Positions 51,654-62,359 are shown, numbered from the whole stretch's first letter. The stretch is 62,956 nucleotides of DNA, filler included, from 3 parts of 3 records of this genome joined end to end with filler, not necessarily neighbours in it; one strand, 5' to 3'. Translations and numbers: made by a program. Notes: generated by a model from the sequence alone, not told the origin.

Positions 51654-52705
51654 TGGTCACTCTTTTCGGGTTTGGTTACAACGTAAAGAACGCTTTCTTT
51701 TTTCAGGCCAAGCGACTGGTAAACGGCAGCACCAAAATACCCGACATCCAGCAGTTGCAACCTGAACCCCGCGTTCTGTACCCGGGAGACATAGCCCGCC
51801 CGGTTATACAGACGAACATGATCGCCCTGACCAAAGCGCCGCCACCTCTCGGCTTCCCGCTCCTCAGCCGGGTCCTCATCAATCTCGTCAAGGTCACAGA
51901 TAATCGGCACCATCAACAGCGCACTGCAACCCGGCCTCAGAACGCGAAACAACTCTGACAATGCTTTGGCATCGTCCTGAACGTGCTCCAGAACATGACT
52001 GCACACGAAAAAGTCCAGGCTGTTCGCGTCAAAAGGCAGGTCCATCAGATCCACCCTGTGATCCACTCCCTGCATGGCGAAATCTGCCGTCTGGTAATCG
52101 GCGAAGCCAATCTGTTTTAACCAGCGAGAGAAACCCGGTTCCGGCGCGAAATGCATGACACTGGCATCACGGGACAATTCGCCTCGACATAAAAGGGCAG
52201 ACAGCCAGTACGCATAAAGACGCTCCCGGTCCGACGCACCGCAAGACGCACAGGTATAGGAATCGTGGGCTGTCATTTCGCCCTGGCCAAAATATTTGAA
52301 GCCATTGTCCTCGGCATGCTTCCGGTAGAACTCCGGAAGCGCACGGAAACCCTGGTTAACGGCATTACACAGGGGGCAATAGGTTTGAGATAGGTGACGC
52401 GCAATCACCTGCTCCGGCGGAATCACCGGTGCTTTAGCTCCGCCACGCTCCTTCATGACTTCAACCAGGTTGTCGAGGATCAGGCGAGACGTTTTTGCCT
52501 GCAACTCTGACGCTTCTCGGAACTTATTGATGGCTGATTCGAAGTCACCATGTTTGAACTGCGCCACCGCGATGTCATTTGACAACGCATCGTAGCTTCC
52601 GATGACCGACTCAACCTGCAAAAGAAGTTCTGCAGCGCGCTTATAGTTGCCAGCTCCGAACTCGCTGTAGGCGCTGGCCTTCAATTGTTCTATTTCAGCG
52701 CTCAT
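51650..52705 (-). CDS. TPR plus Zn-ribbon plus class I SAM methyltransferase-like protein
   Basis: N-terminal TPR-like helices, CPLC / CASC..RER, HFAPE and CSHVLEHV..VLRPG. Confidence 0.8.
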   Translation of the reverse strand: MSAEIEQLKASAYSEFGAGNYKRAAELLLQVESVIGSYDALSNDIAVAQFKHGDFESAINKFREASELQAKTSRLILDNLVEVMKERGGAKAPVIPPEQVIARHLSQTYCPLCNAVNQGFRALPEFYRKHAEDNGFKYFGQGEMTAHDSYTCASCGASDRERLYAYWLSALLCRGELSRDASVMHFAPEPGFSRWLKQIGFADYQTADFAMQGVDHRVDLMDLPFDANSLDFFVCSHVLEHVQDDAKALSELFRVLRPGCSALLMVPIICDLDEIDEDPAEEREAERWRRFGQGDHVRLYNRAGYVSRVQNAGFRLQLLDVGYFGAAVYQSLGLKKESVLYVVTKPEKSDQ

Positions 52706-52733
52706 GTCTTACCTCTAGTAATCTTTGTGGCGG

Positions 52734-53387
52734 CTATGACCAGCCAAGGGAATTTGCCAGATAATCCAGAACCGTTCCGGCCTGTGCTTCCGAATACCGA
52801 CCGTTGCAAGTGACAAACACCGGTACCTGTTTGCGAACACCGTAACTGCTACGAACGTTGCGGGCTCTCTCCGCGAGCTCGTCAGAGTTAAACAGTAACA
52901 CCGCGCCACCGTGCCTTGTTGGTAACTCCAGCAGGACTGGCTCAGGAAAGCCATCGGCAATCCCCTGCTCCGGGCGGGCGCTCGACCAGTCCGGATAATG
53001 GACGACAAGCTGTTGCTGGCCCTGACCAACCGCTGCACAGTTCAAGCCGCGTTCCTCCCTGAGTGTCCGAAACAGGACATCGGTGTCCTGAACCACACGG
53101 TCGGTAGTATCCAGAGCATGAACCGAAAGACCACTGAACGCCCCTACGTGTACCAGGCACGGATCTTCATCCCCGGGGAAATAGACCAGGCGTGAATGCT
53201 GCCTTGTTCGCAACGCAATCAGGGCCACCAGAAGCCCCAGCTCCAGGCTTCCGACCAACACCGCGTGCCGGGCCCCCATGTGTTCTTCCAGTGTCTGCTC
53301 CAGTGCACGGGCAAGAGGCCCATGGTTCGTAAAATAGCGGTTGGCCAGAATATCGGAAACCACTTTACGGGCATTGTATTCAGCCAT
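52734..53387 (-). CDS. Short degenerate DegT-like aminotransferase homolog
   Basis: FTNHGPL..LE..L N-terminus, but no PLP-lysine motif and no C-terminal domain. Confidence 0.65.
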   Translation of the reverse strand: MAEYNARKVVSDILANRYFTNHGPLARALEQTLEEHMGARHAVLVGSLELGLLVALIALRTRQHSRLVYFPGDEDPCLVHVGAFSGLSVHALDTTDRVVQDTDVLFRTLREERGLNCAAVGQGQQQLVVHYPDWSSARPEQGIADGFPEPVLLELPTRHGGAVLLFNSDELAERARNVRSSYGVRKQVPVFVTCNGRYSEAQAGTVLDYLANSLGWS

Positions 53388-54522
53388 CACAACTCCCGGG
53401 AACATCCGATAGTAGAGACTTGATCATGGCGACGACATGCGTCACATCCGCTTCAGAGACTCTGAAGCCACAGGGTAAATTGAGCAATGCCCGGGCAGCA
53501 TGTTCGGTTACGGGAAGAGGCTCCGGGCACAAAACCGGGTACTCATGGCTTTTGATATGGAGCGGCGGTGAATAGTGGGCCCGGGCCAGAACGCCAGCCT
53601 GATTCAGATTCCGCACAATGCGGTCTCTCACTTCCCCGCTCACGCCTGGAACCTCAACAACAATATTTTTGAATGACGTTTGCTGAGCCTCATCAAACGC
53701 GAGAAGCCGGATACCGGCAACCCCTTTGAGCTCTCTTTGATACGCCCGGTAAATCTTGCGGTTGTGGCGGACGTTTTCTTCTATTTCGTCCAGTCCGGCA
53801 AGGGCAAAAGCAGCATGGATATCGGGCATGTCCGAAGCGAGCCAGTGCCCGGGTTTCAGACGTCGGGCGTTACTTCTGTCGCGGGATCTGAAATCACGAA
53901 GCCTGCCTGCATAGGCGCTGTCGTTCACACACACGTAGCCGCCCTCCAGTCCATTGATCAGCTTGCTCGCGTGCAACGAGAACACCTCGGGCACATCAAA
54001 AGACCCTACGCGTTTTCCCTGCCAGGTTTCGTGAACGGACTCCACGGCATCGATGACCATTGGCACGGCATATTTCGCTGCAATCTCTGTCAGTCGCGAA
54101 ACATCGCAACAATTCACGATGGGATGAACCGCAAGGATGGCTGCGGTGTTTGACCCAATAGCCCGCTCAACTGACTCGGGAGAGATAGCCAGCGTGGACT
54201 CATCAATGTCCACGAAACGGGGAACCTTACCGGCCCAGAACACAACATCGGCCAGCCGGCGGTAGGTAAACGACGGGATAATGACCTCTGGAGCATCAAG
54301 GGCACTTAACCGCAAGCTCGCCACCAATGACCAGAAACCCGTGGACATGGCCACGCAGTGTTCAGCCTGATGGTACTCACAGAGACGTTTCTCAAGTAAC
54401 GACACTAACCAACCCGGACGACTCTCCCCACCGTTTTCAAGCCACTGATCTATATACCTTAGAATGCGCTCTTTCTCAGGCTCGTAAAGGTTGGATGTTG
54501 AGAGAAAGCCTGTCGAAGACAT
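53380..54522 (-). CDS. DegT/DnrJ/EryC1/StrS family PLP-dependent sugar aminotransferase
   Basis: PSFTY, FVDID, IDAVES and FSLHASKLINGLEGG. Confidence 0.85.
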   Translation of the reverse strand: MSSTGFLSTSNLYEPEKERILRYIDQWLENGGESRPGWLVSLLEKRLCEYHQAEHCVAMSTGFWSLVASLRLSALDAPEVIIPSFTYRRLADVVFWAGKVPRFVDIDESTLAISPESVERAIGSNTAAILAVHPIVNCCDVSRLTEIAAKYAVPMVIDAVESVHETWQGKRVGSFDVPEVFSLHASKLINGLEGGYVCVNDSAYAGRLRDFRSRDRSNARRLKPGHWLASDMPDIHAAFALAGLDEIEENVRHNRKIYRAYQRELKGVAGIRLLAFDEAQQTSFKNIVVEVPGVSGEVRDRIVRNLNQAGVLARAHYSPPLHIKSHEYPVLCPEPLPVTEHAARALLNLPCGFRVSEADVTHVVAMIKSLLSDVPGSCDG

Positions 54523-55223
54523 CAGACTGGCCTCGTCATAAGCACATCAAATCGGTAGCCGGCGCCGTAGAAATCATTCGGCATCGTCATGATGTCTACG
54601 TTAAAACCGCATGCTTCGCCCAGGGCAACGAACTCGTCCGCGCTCCACCAGACCCCAATCGGCGACTTCGGGTCGTCCAACCGGTAATCCGCGACATTGC
54701 GCCGCTGGAAGAAATCGGCCGCCTTCGTTTTATCCGGTACATTGCCGATAAAGATTCGCTCACAGGCGCTGTACTGACTCCAGATGGTCTTCAACAGCGT
54801 GCTCACTGAGTCAGCGGAAAGATAAGAGATCACGCCGTAGACGAGCACCCGCGTAATTCGGGAAGCCTCAGTAAACTCAAGGGTCGCCTCTACCGCATCC
54901 CCACAATAGAAATGCGTTTTGCCCGGTATCGAAAAAAACTCCCGGGCCACACCAACCAGGTACTCCGAAAAATCTACGCCATGGTATTCTGATATCGAAT
55001 CAAACAGATAGCTGGCCAGCGCGGCGTTTCCACATCCCAGGTCCAGGAGAACCTCGCCTGGCCGAAACTGTAGTGCCCCCGATATCTGATCCACGATCAT
55101 CCGAATATCCTGCTCACTGACAGGCTTGCCATTCACCGTCCGCTTGATCTGTTGCCAGAACGCGTCGCGATCAAACTGTTTCGGGTATTCCTTGTGCAGA
55201 TAATCGTCACTCATCACTGACAC
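54522..55223 (-). CDS. Class I SAM-dependent methyltransferase
   Basis: LLDLGCGNA and GVDFS. Confidence 0.85.
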   Translation of the reverse strand: MSVMSDDYLHKEYPKQFDRDAFWQQIKRTVNGKPVSEQDIRMIVDQISGALQFRPGEVLLDLGCGNAALASYLFDSISEYHGVDFSEYLVGVAREFFSIPGKTHFYCGDAVEATLEFTEASRITRVLVYGVISYLSADSVSTLLKTIWSQYSACERIFIGNVPDKTKAADFFQRRNVADYRLDDPKSPIGVWWSADEFVALGEACGFNVDIMTMPNDFYGAGYRFDVLMTRPV

Positions 55224-55943
55224 TCAGGCTGGGTGGAGGGTGAAGTCGTTCAGCAATATGTCTTGCAGCGTCCCCTCATCACACCACATCAAGGCGTCGA
55301 GGATGGACAGGTTCGGAACGTAATCGTAGCCATTCTGAACGTACGGGCGAATAGTCGATTCCATAAAGGAGAGACCAATGCCCGCCTCACGGAACTGTGC
55401 AGGGTCAAACAGAGCCTGCCCCCCCATTGGGTTAATGTAGTGCTCCGCCCCCATGGCCTTGGCGATCTTGAGCGCCCACTCCCCGGAATGGGCGACCTGA
55501 TCGATCCCCAGGTCCAGCTCAGAATACACCACGATCTTTGTATTGATGCCAAGATGATCAGCCAGTACCCGGAGACTGTGGGTCAGAAATCTGGACAGGA
55601 CAGCGTTGGGCGCCCCGATGGCTGATTCAAAAACCGACATGGTTTTCCGATAGTTCGGCGCGCGACGATAATGAACCAGCTTACCTGTGAGGCTTTTACG
55701 CCAGTCACTGCTGTCGTCAATCTCAATGTCATCAATGAAATCGAAACGCCCCCTTTTGCTCAGGGGTACGGTGATGTACTGCCACCCTTTCTCCGGATTG
55801 GGGTGCAAAACACGATTGCGATTGACCCACCCCTTGTTCACAAACTGGCAATGATCAAACACAACCCAGGTGTCCGCGTGCGCCATCAACTGAAAATAGC
55901 CCGGATACGGAAAGAAATAGGGTTGCATAACCGCCAGTTTCAT
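55224..55943 (-). CDS. wbqC: WbqC-like protein (putative glycyltransferase)
   Basis: MQPYFFPYPGYF, WVNRNR, YINPMGG and LSILDALM. Confidence 0.88.
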   Translation of the reverse strand: MKLAVMQPYFFPYPGYFQLMAHADTWVVFDHCQFVNKGWVNRNRVLHPNPEKGWQYITVPLSKRGRFDFIDDIEIDDSSDWRKSLTGKLVHYRRAPNYRKTMSVFESAIGAPNAVLSRFLTHSLRVLADHLGINTKIVVYSELDLGIDQVAHSGEWALKIAKAMGAEHYINPMGGQALFDPAQFREAGIGLSFMESTIRPYVQNGYDYVPNLSILDALMWCDEGTLQDILLNDFTLHPA

Positions 55944-57073
55944 TGCCCGCGTCCTGAAGCCCCATGATGGCCATTGGCGGCTTCACGGAGACAGCTTATG
56001 ATTCGGCCAAAATCCTCATCATTGAGGTCGCTATAGATTGGCAGACAAAGAATTCGCTGGGCGGTATCTGCGGCATTTTCGAACACCGCCGAAGGGTCAA
56101 AGTACATTGGAAAATCGGAGACCAGCGGATAGAAATAGCGGCGTACCAGAATCCCCTGCTTTCGGAATTCAAAATAAAGGTCATCCCTGGACAGTGGGAA
56201 GCTCTCATTTACCAGAACCGGACAGTAGGAGTAATTCCACTCAGTGTCGACCGGCTCTTCCATCAGTTGCAGGCCTTCAATACCCATGAGTTCCTCACGA
56301 TATTTCCGGTACACACTCTGCCGGGCCCGAATGTCGGAATCAATTTTCTCAAGCTGTAACAAGCCCAACGCTGCCTGGAACTCGTTCATCTTGCCGTTAA
56401 TACCCGGGGCGACCACCGTGGTCTCGTTGGCAAAACCGAAGTTCTTCAGGTAATCGACCCGCTGCTTCGTTTTCTTGTCCTTGAGTATCAGAGCCCCACC
56501 CTCGAAGGTGTTGAACACCTTGGTGGCGTGAAAGCTGAGCACGGAAATATCACCAGCCTCCAGGAGGCTCCGCCCCCTGTATCTGACTGCAAACGCATGG
56601 GCTGCATCATATATAACGTGCAACCCGTAAAGATCGGCGATTCGCTGGATTTCATCAATATTTGCAGGAGTCCCATAGCAATGTACGGGGAGTATGGCTG
56701 TGGTCTCCGGGGTTATCGCGGCTTCAATTTTTGAGGCGTCGAGGTTAAAGCTATCCGGCTCGATATCCACGAAAACAGGCTTGAGCTTGTTCCATAACAA
56801 AGCATGGGGCGTCGCCGCGAAGGTGTAGGGCGTGGTAATCACCTCCCCGGTAACGCGCATCGCCTGCAAAGCAGTAACCAGAGCAATCGTGCCGTTAGTG
56901 AACAGGGACAGATGTTCGACCCCCAGATACTCGCAAAGGCGGGCTTCCAGTTCCTCATGAAAGCGCCCACCGTTGGTTAACCGCCCGCTTTTCCAGATTT
57001 CCTCCAAAAGAGGCTGCAGCTTTTCAAGATCAGGAAGGCTGGGCCGGGTAACGGTAATCAGGTCATCAGCCAC
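55940..57073 (-). CDS. vioA: dTDP-4-amino-4,6-dideoxy-D-glucose transaminase (viosamine)
   Basis: LTNGG, NGTIAL, YDAAHAF, SFHATKVFNTFEGG, GINGKMNE and RRYFYPL. Confidence 0.85.
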   Translation of the reverse strand: MADDLITVTRPSLPDLEKLQPLLEEIWKSGRLTNGGRFHEELEARLCEYLGVEHLSLFTNGTIALVTALQAMRVTGEVITTPYTFAATPHALLWNKLKPVFVDIEPDSFNLDASKIEAAITPETTAILPVHCYGTPANIDEIQRIADLYGLHVIYDAAHAFAVRYRGRSLLEAGDISVLSFHATKVFNTFEGGALILKDKKTKQRVDYLKNFGFANETTVVAPGINGKMNEFQAALGLLQLEKIDSDIRARQSVYRKYREELMGIEGLQLMEEPVDTEWNYSYCPVLVNESFPLSRDDLYFEFRKQGILVRRYFYPLVSDFPMYFDPSAVFENAADTAQRILCLPIYSDLNDEDFGRIISCLREAANGHHGASGRGQ

Positions 57074-57190
57074 GTAGGCGTCCTCAAAAAGTCGTTATTG
57101 TTCATCTACTTCAATCCTAGCAGTAAACAGAAGCCGGGCTCCAATGAGTTTCTTGTTCACCCATACCGGCAAATCCTTACCTCTCGGCCG

Positions 57191-57204
57191 GTCATTTTAT
57201 TGAC
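57191..57204. promoter_or_regulatory. FleQ/FlrA-type binding box
   Basis: GTCATTTTATTGAC; its reverse complement GTCAATAAAATGAC has one mismatch to the Pseudomonas FleQ consensus GTCANTAAATTGAC. Confidence 0.6.
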
Positions 57205-57249
57205 AACGCGGCAAGAAAACGAAACGAGGCCAGCACCATCCAGGCTTAA

Positions 57250-57262
57250 AATCATGTTATTA
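57250..57262 (+). promoter_or_regulatory. Possible IHF site
   Basis: AATCATGTTATTA, one mismatch to WATCAANNNNTTR, between the activator box and the -24 element. Confidence 0.4.
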
Positions 57263-57279
57263 AAGCATTTTTTTAAACA

Positions 57280-57295
57280 TGGCACGCGCCTGGCT
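57280..57295 (+). promoter_or_regulatory. Sigma54 promoter of the second flagellin
   Basis: TGGCAC-GCGCC-TGGCT with correct GG-N10-GC spacing. Confidence 0.65.
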
Positions 57296-57400
57296 TTGAT
57301 CCCTGCAAACGGCAAATTAACGAATTCCAGCCGGCAAAGGTTCACCTTTTCGTTTTTCAACGAACCAGCCCCCGGCAAAAGCTGAGCAGGGAGAACAGAC

Positions 57401-58894
57401 ATGCCTCAGATCATCAACACCAACATCGCGTCGCTTAACGCTCAACGCAACCTGAACGCCTCTCAGCAGGACGCGAACACAACGCTTCAGCGCTTGTCCT
57501 CAGGTTTGCGAATTAATTCAGCAAAAGACGATGCGGCCGGGCTGGCAATTGCGGAACGCTTTACCTCGCAAGTAAAGGGCCTGAACCAGGCGGTACGAAA
57601 CTCCAATGACGGTGTCTCGCTCGCTCAAGTGGCAGAGGGTGCGCTGGGGGAATCTGGCAACATCCTTCAACGGATGAGGGAACTGGCCGTACAGGCTGCG
57701 AACGCCACCAACTCTGCTTCAGACAGGAAAGCCCTGCAGGCCGAAGTGAATCAGCTCAAACAGGAGCTCGAGCGGATCGCAACCACCACAGAGTTCAACG
57801 GCCTTAAACTTCTCGACGGAACGTTCCAGGCTCAGAAATTCCAGGCCGGTGCCAACGAAAACCAGACCATTTCTGTGTCGATCACCGGTACCAGAATCGA
57901 CACTTTGGCAAACAACACGGTCGAGACCATCGCCAGCGGTAGCTCCACGGGCTCTATCACCGTAGCCTCAGGTGGCACGGCACCCGCACTGAATGCGATA
58001 CAGCCTCAGGATATTACGATTTCCAGTTCGCTTGATGAGCAGACGGTAAACATCACAGCGTCTGGTGCGACAGCAGAATCTATTGCAGCGGAAATCAACA
58101 AAGCCGCCGAAACAACCGGTGTCTCCGCGAGCGCCCGCACCAGCGTTGAGCTATCCAACCTGAGCGCAAGCGGCACCGTGACAATGAGCCTGTCGACTGG
58201 CGACGGCAACGATGCAACTATCTCCGCCCAGATATCCGACGTCAACGACCTTGAGCCATTAGCACGCGAGATCAACGCCAGCAGCGGCAAAACCGGGATT
58301 ACGGCCGAAGTGGATGGCGGAACCATCAAGCTCATTCAGGAAAGCGGTAAAGACGTTGTCATTGAAGGCTTTACCAGCAATGGCGCTGGCTCGCCGACCA
58401 TGGATCTGACCGGCTCCTCCCAAGCGTCATCCCAGTTGGCCACAGGCGGTAACGACAGTGCCCGGATCGCAGGTGAAATAAACTTTGACTCCGCTTCCAG
58501 CTTTGCCGTTTCCTCTTCAATAGCTGGCGGTGCGGGTGGCATATTTGCCACTGCGGACACCTTTGGCTCAGACCCTGAAAAAGTGGCCGACATAGACATC
58601 AGTACTTTCGAAGGCGCCAGCAGCGCGATGAGAGTGCTCGACTCCGCACTGGAAACGATTAACAGCATCCGAGCAGACCTGGGTGCGGTGCAGAACCGGC
58701 TGGAGTCTACCATCGCCAACCTGAGCACCACGTCAGAGAATCTCTCTGCAGCTCGCTCCCGGATTCAGGATGCCGACTTCGCGGCGGAGTCTGCGAACCT
58801 TGCCAGAACCCAGGTTCTCCAGCAGGCCGGCCTCTCAGTTCTGGCTCAGGCCAACGCCCGCCCCCAGCAGGTACTTCAGCTGCTGCAGGGCTAA
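57401..58894 (+). CDS. Second flagellin (probable minor, sigma54-dependent)
   Basis: [25 protein letters not shown] and DADFAAE..QVLQQAG; central domain diverged from the 46392-47879 copy. Confidence 0.96.
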   Translation: MPQIINTNIASLNAQRNLNASQQDANTTLQRLSSGLRINSAKDDAAGLAIAERFTSQVKGLNQAVRNSNDGVSLAQVAEGALGESGNILQRMRELAVQAANATNSASDRKALQAEVNQLKQELERIATTTEFNGLKLLDGTFQAQKFQAGANENQTISVSITGTRIDTLANNTVETIASGSSTGSITVASGGTAPALNAIQPQDITISSSLDEQTVNITASGATAESIAAEINKAAETTGVSASARTSVELSNLSASGTVTMSLSTGDGNDATISAQISDVNDLEPLAREINASSGKTGITAEVDGGTIKLIQESGKDVVIEGFTSNGAGSPTMDLTGSSQASSQLATGGNDSARIAGEINFDSASSFAVSSSIAGGAGGIFATADTFGSDPEKVADIDISTFEGASSAMRVLDSALETINSIRADLGAVQNRLESTIANLSTTSENLSAARSRIQDADFAAESANLARTQVLQQAGLSVLAQANARPQQVLQLLQG

Positions 58895-58917
58895 CACACC
58901 AAAACAAATGTCCCAAC

Positions 58918-58945
58918 AAAAAAGCCAGGGCAACCTGGCTTTTTT
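58918..58945. terminator. Bidirectional terminator between flagellin 2 and rmlC
   Basis: AAAAAAGCCAGG-GCAA-CCTGGCTTTTTT. Confidence 0.9.
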
Positions 58946-58960
58946 GTTTCTGCTACAACA

Positions 58961-59503
58961 CTAGGGAAATAATTCCCGGAAAGGCCGGCCGGCAGCGTCT
59001 TTCTCAGAAATGATCAACCGACGGGTTTCGACACACCCCCAGTCGATATCCAGGTTTTGATCATCCCACCGAATACAGCGCTCAAACTCCGGGGCGTAGA
59101 AGTCCGTGCACTTGTACTGGAAGTCCGCCTGCTCGCTCCTGACCAGAAAACCGTGCGCAAACCCAGGAGGGATCCACATCATCCGGTGATTGGTATCGGA
59201 CAGCACTTCGGACACCCATTGCCCGAACGTCGTGGAATCCGGACGAATATCCACAGCGACATCCAACACCTCACCCTGGCTCACCCAGACAAGCTTGCCT
59301 TGTGGTCGTTCGCACTGATAGTGCAGGCCCCGCAGCGTGTTCCGGCAGGAGCGACTGAAATTGTCCTGTACGAAGGACAGGTTCAGTTCCAGCTTTTCCA
59401 GCTGTCGCTGATTCCAGGTTTCCTTGAAGAACCCTCGGCGGTCCCCGAACACCCGGGGTACCAGCACTTTTACATCGGGTATCTTGGTTTCAATGATATC
59501 CAT
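58961..59503 (-). CDS. rmlC: dTDP-4-dehydrorhamnose 3,5-epimerase
   Basis: FGDRRGFF, QDNFS, LRGLHYQ and GFAHGF. Confidence 0.96.
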   Translation of the reverse strand: MDIIETKIPDVKVLVPRVFGDRRGFFKETWNQRQLEKLELNLSFVQDNFSRSCRNTLRGLHYQCERPQGKLVWVSQGEVLDVAVDIRPDSTTFGQWVSEVLSDTNHRMMWIPPGFAHGFLVRSEQADFQYKCTDFYAPEFERCIRWDDQNLDIDWGCVETRRLIISEKDAAGRPFRELFP

Positions 59504-59520
59504 GGTCGCCTTGTTGTCTT

Positions 59521-60384
59521 CTATTGCGCGAGTCGTCTGAGGTAGTGGCCATAACTGTTTTTATCAAGCTTATCCGCCTGAGCCAGCAATTGATCACGGT
59601 CTATGTAACCCATTCGAAAAGCAACCTCCTCAAGACAGGCAATCTTCAGCCCCTGACGCTTTTCAAGCGTTTCAATAAAACCGGATGCTTCGTACAGAGA
59701 GTCAAACGTCCCCGTGTCTAACCAGGCAAAACCACGACCAAGGAGCTCCACGTTCAATTTCCCGGAAGCCAGATACGCCTGGTTTACCGCTGTAATCTCA
59801 AGCTCTCCACGCGCCGAAGGCGAAATACTTCTGGCGATTGAAACCACATCGTTATCGTAAAAATACAGACCCGTGACCGCATAGTCGGATTTTGGCACCG
59901 CGGGCTTTTCCTCTATGGAAACCGCTCGCCCCTCCTCGTCGAATTCAACAACGCCAAACCGCTCGGGATCTTTCACCTGATAGCCGAAAATCGTAGCTCC
60001 GGAGTCAAGCGAGGCCGCCCGCTGAAGTTTCTGGCTCAAGCCCTGGCCGTAATAGATGTTGTCTCCTAATACCAGGCACACGCTTTCCGCACCAATAAAC
60101 GACGCACCAATAAGAAATGCCTGGGCGATACCCTCTGGCCTGGGTTGAACCGCGTACTCGATCTCGATGCCAAACTGGCTGCCATCGCCCAGCAGCCTTC
60201 GGAAGTTTGAGCTGTCCTCAGGTGTGGTGATAATCAGAATTTCCCGAATACCCGCCAGCATCAGTATCGACAGCGGGTAATAGATCATGGGTTTGTCGTA
60301 AACCGGCAACAGTTGTTTAGACACGCCCTGAGTAATGGGGTACAGCCGGGTTCCGGAACCACCAGCCAACACGATACCTTTCAC
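59521..60384 (-). CDS. rmlA: Glucose-1-phosphate thymidylyltransferase
   Basis: [15 protein letters not shown] and [15 protein letters not shown] start after GGAGG, overlapping the rmlD stop. Confidence 0.97.
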   Translation of the reverse strand: MKGIVLAGGSGTRLYPITQGVSKQLLPVYDKPMIYYPLSILMLAGIREILIITTPEDSSNFRRLLGDGSQFGIEIEYAVQPRPEGIAQAFLIGASFIGAESVCLVLGDNIYYGQGLSQKLQRAASLDSGATIFGYQVKDPERFGVVEFDEEGRAVSIEEKPAVPKSDYAVTGLYFYDNDVVSIARSISPSARGELEITAVNQAYLASGKLNVELLGRGFAWLDTGTFDSLYEASGFIETLEKRQGLKIACLEEVAFRMGYIDRDQLLAQADKLDKNSYGHYLRRLAQ

Positions 60385-61292
60385 AACTGCCTCCGTTTCT
60401 CGAAATAGAGCCATTCGTCGACAACCCGAATCACGCCCGTGGTCCAATCCGGAAGCACCAGATCAAAAGCCTTTTCAAGCCGGGACGTATTCAGGCAGGA
60501 ATTCTTCGGTCGCAAAACCTCGGAGCCATAAACCGCAGCCGTTACCGGGACAATGGCCGCATCGTCAATCACCTGCCCGGCCGATCGCTCCCTTAACCGG
60601 TCTGCAATGAGACAGCTATAGCCGTACCAAGACGTTGCCCCACTCGCGGTCAAGTGATAAAGCCCGCCTAACGCACGATCTGGGTAGGTGCGGGCAACAG
60701 CATGAGCAGTCACGTCCGCCAGCAGCTCTGCCGAGGTCGGCGCCCCCCGCTGATCGTGAACCACCGTTAGCCGATCTCTCTCACGCAAGAGCTTCAGCAT
60801 CGTTGTCAGGAAATTCTTGCCACGGACGGAGTAGACCCAACTGGTCCGGAAAATAAGGTAGTCGCAACCTGACGCCATAACTCGACGGTCACCGTCGAAC
60901 TTGCTCTCACCATAGACACTCAAGGGCTGTGCAACGTCCGTTTCGGAATAGGCGTCATCAGACCGGCCGTCGTAAACGTAATCGGTTGAATAGTGAACCA
61001 TCAAGGCACCACAGCGCGCCGCCTCCTGCGCCATGACTTCAGGCGCCAGAGCATTGATGGCAAAGGCACGCTCCCGTTCGTGCTCCGCTGCCGCCACATC
61101 GGTGTAGGCGGCGGCATTCACCACCACATCCGGACAATGGCGCCGAATGATTTGCCTCAGGCCCTCCAGGTCACTTAAATCACCACCCGCCCCCAGCTTT
61201 CTGGCGGGTACCACCAGCTGCCCGAGAACCGACAACGCACGCCTCAACTCCCAGCCAACCTGGCCCTCACCACCAAACAGAAGAATGCGCAT
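60381..61292 (-). CDS. rmlD: dTDP-4-dehydrorhamnose reductase
   Basis: [21 protein letters not shown] and YGESK. Confidence 0.95.
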   Translation of the reverse strand: MRILLFGGEGQVGWELRRALSVLGQLVVPARKLGAGGDLSDLEGLRQIIRRHCPDVVVNAAAYTDVAAAEHERERAFAINALAPEVMAQEAARCGALMVHYSTDYVYDGRSDDAYSETDVAQPLSVYGESKFDGDRRVMASGCDYLIFRTSWVYSVRGKNFLTTMLKLLRERDRLTVVHDQRGAPTSAELLADVTAHAVARTYPDRALGGLYHLTASGATSWYGYSCLIADRLRERSAGQVIDDAAIVPVTAAVYGSEVLRPKNSCLNTSRLEKAFDLVLPDWTTGVIRVVDEWLYFEKRRQL

Positions 61293-62359
61293 CAGACGCT
61301 CCCCGACCGATAACTGCCTTCCGCAATTCGCTCGCACCAGTTCTGGTTATCCAGATACCAATACACTGATTTCCGAAGCCCGGAGGTGAGGGTTTCTTTT
61401 GGTTCCCACGCCAGATCACGGCGGATCCTGGAAGCATCGATAGCATAGTGCAAGTCGTGCCCGGGCCTGTCCTCAACGAAGGTGATCAGGTCTTCAAAAC
61501 GCCGAACTCCTTGCGGTTTCTCGGGAACAACATCCTCCAGTACATCACACAAAGCACGAACCAGATCGATATTCCTCATCTCGGCATTACCGCCAATGTT
61601 GTAGGCCTCGTTCGCACTGGCTTTCGTGAGCACTCGATAGAGAGCCTCAGCATGATCCTCAACGTAGAGCCAGTCCCGGATCTGACGCCCGTCACCGTAT
61701 ACCGGCAAAGGTTTACCTGCCAGCGCGTTGGTAATCATCAGCGGTATGATTTTTTCTGGAAACTGAAACGGCCCATAATTGTTGGAGCAATTGGTAATAA
61801 GAATCGGCAATCCATAGGTTCGGCTCCAGGCCCGGACCAGGTGATCCGAGCTGGCTTTGCTTGCACTGTAGGGGCTACTCGGGGAGTAAGGCGTTTGCTC
61901 GGTGAAGGCGGTTTCTCCTGTCCGTGAATCCGCCAGATCACCAAACACCTCATCGGTGCTGACATGGTGGAACCGAAACATCTGGCGCTCACCTTCCTCG
62001 AGCCGGCCCCAGTATGCGCGGGCAGCCTCGAGCAGGGTATAGGTTCCAATGATGTTGGTCTCAATGAAAACCGCAGGCCCCTCAATAGATCTGTCTACAT
62101 GGCTCTCGGCAGCCAGGTGCAGCACAGCAGAAGGCCGGTACCGTTCCAACAGACGATCCACCAGCTCACGGTCACAGATATCGCCCTTTTCAAACACAAA
62201 ACGAGGATGGCCCTGGAGCCCGGCCAGATTGTCCAGATTGCCGCAATAGGTGAGCTTGTCCAGCACCACAACGCTATCGTCAGTACGCTCAATAATGAAC
62301 CGTGCAACGGCTGAGCCAATAAACCCTGCCCCACCTGTTACGAGAATTGTTCTCGTCAT
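61292..62359 (-). CDS. rmlB: dTDP-glucose 4,6-dehydratase
   Basis: [24 protein letters not shown] and YSASK. Confidence 0.97.
   Translation of the reverse strand: MTRTILVTGGAGFIGSAVARFIIERTDDSVVVLDKLTYCGNLDNLAGLQGHPRFVFEKGDICDRELVDRLLERYRPSAVLHLAAESHVDRSIEGPAVFIETNIIGTYTLLEAARAYWGRLEEGERQMFRFHHVSTDEVFGDLADSRTGETAFTEQTPYSPSSPYSASKASSDHLVRAWSRTYGLPILITNCSNNYGPFQFPEKIIPLMITNALAGKPLPVYGDGRQIRDWLYVEDHAEALYRVLTKASANEAYNIGGNAEMRNIDLVRALCDVLEDVVPEKPQGVRRFEDLITFVEDRPGHDLHYAIDASRIRRDLAWEPKETLTSGLRKSVYWYLDNQNWCERIAEGSYRSGSV

Noticed and set aside
29394-58894. A single system linking fliW/csrA/motB with the two flagellins
   Set aside because: They lie on different contigs separated by an artificial linker and come from different taxa.
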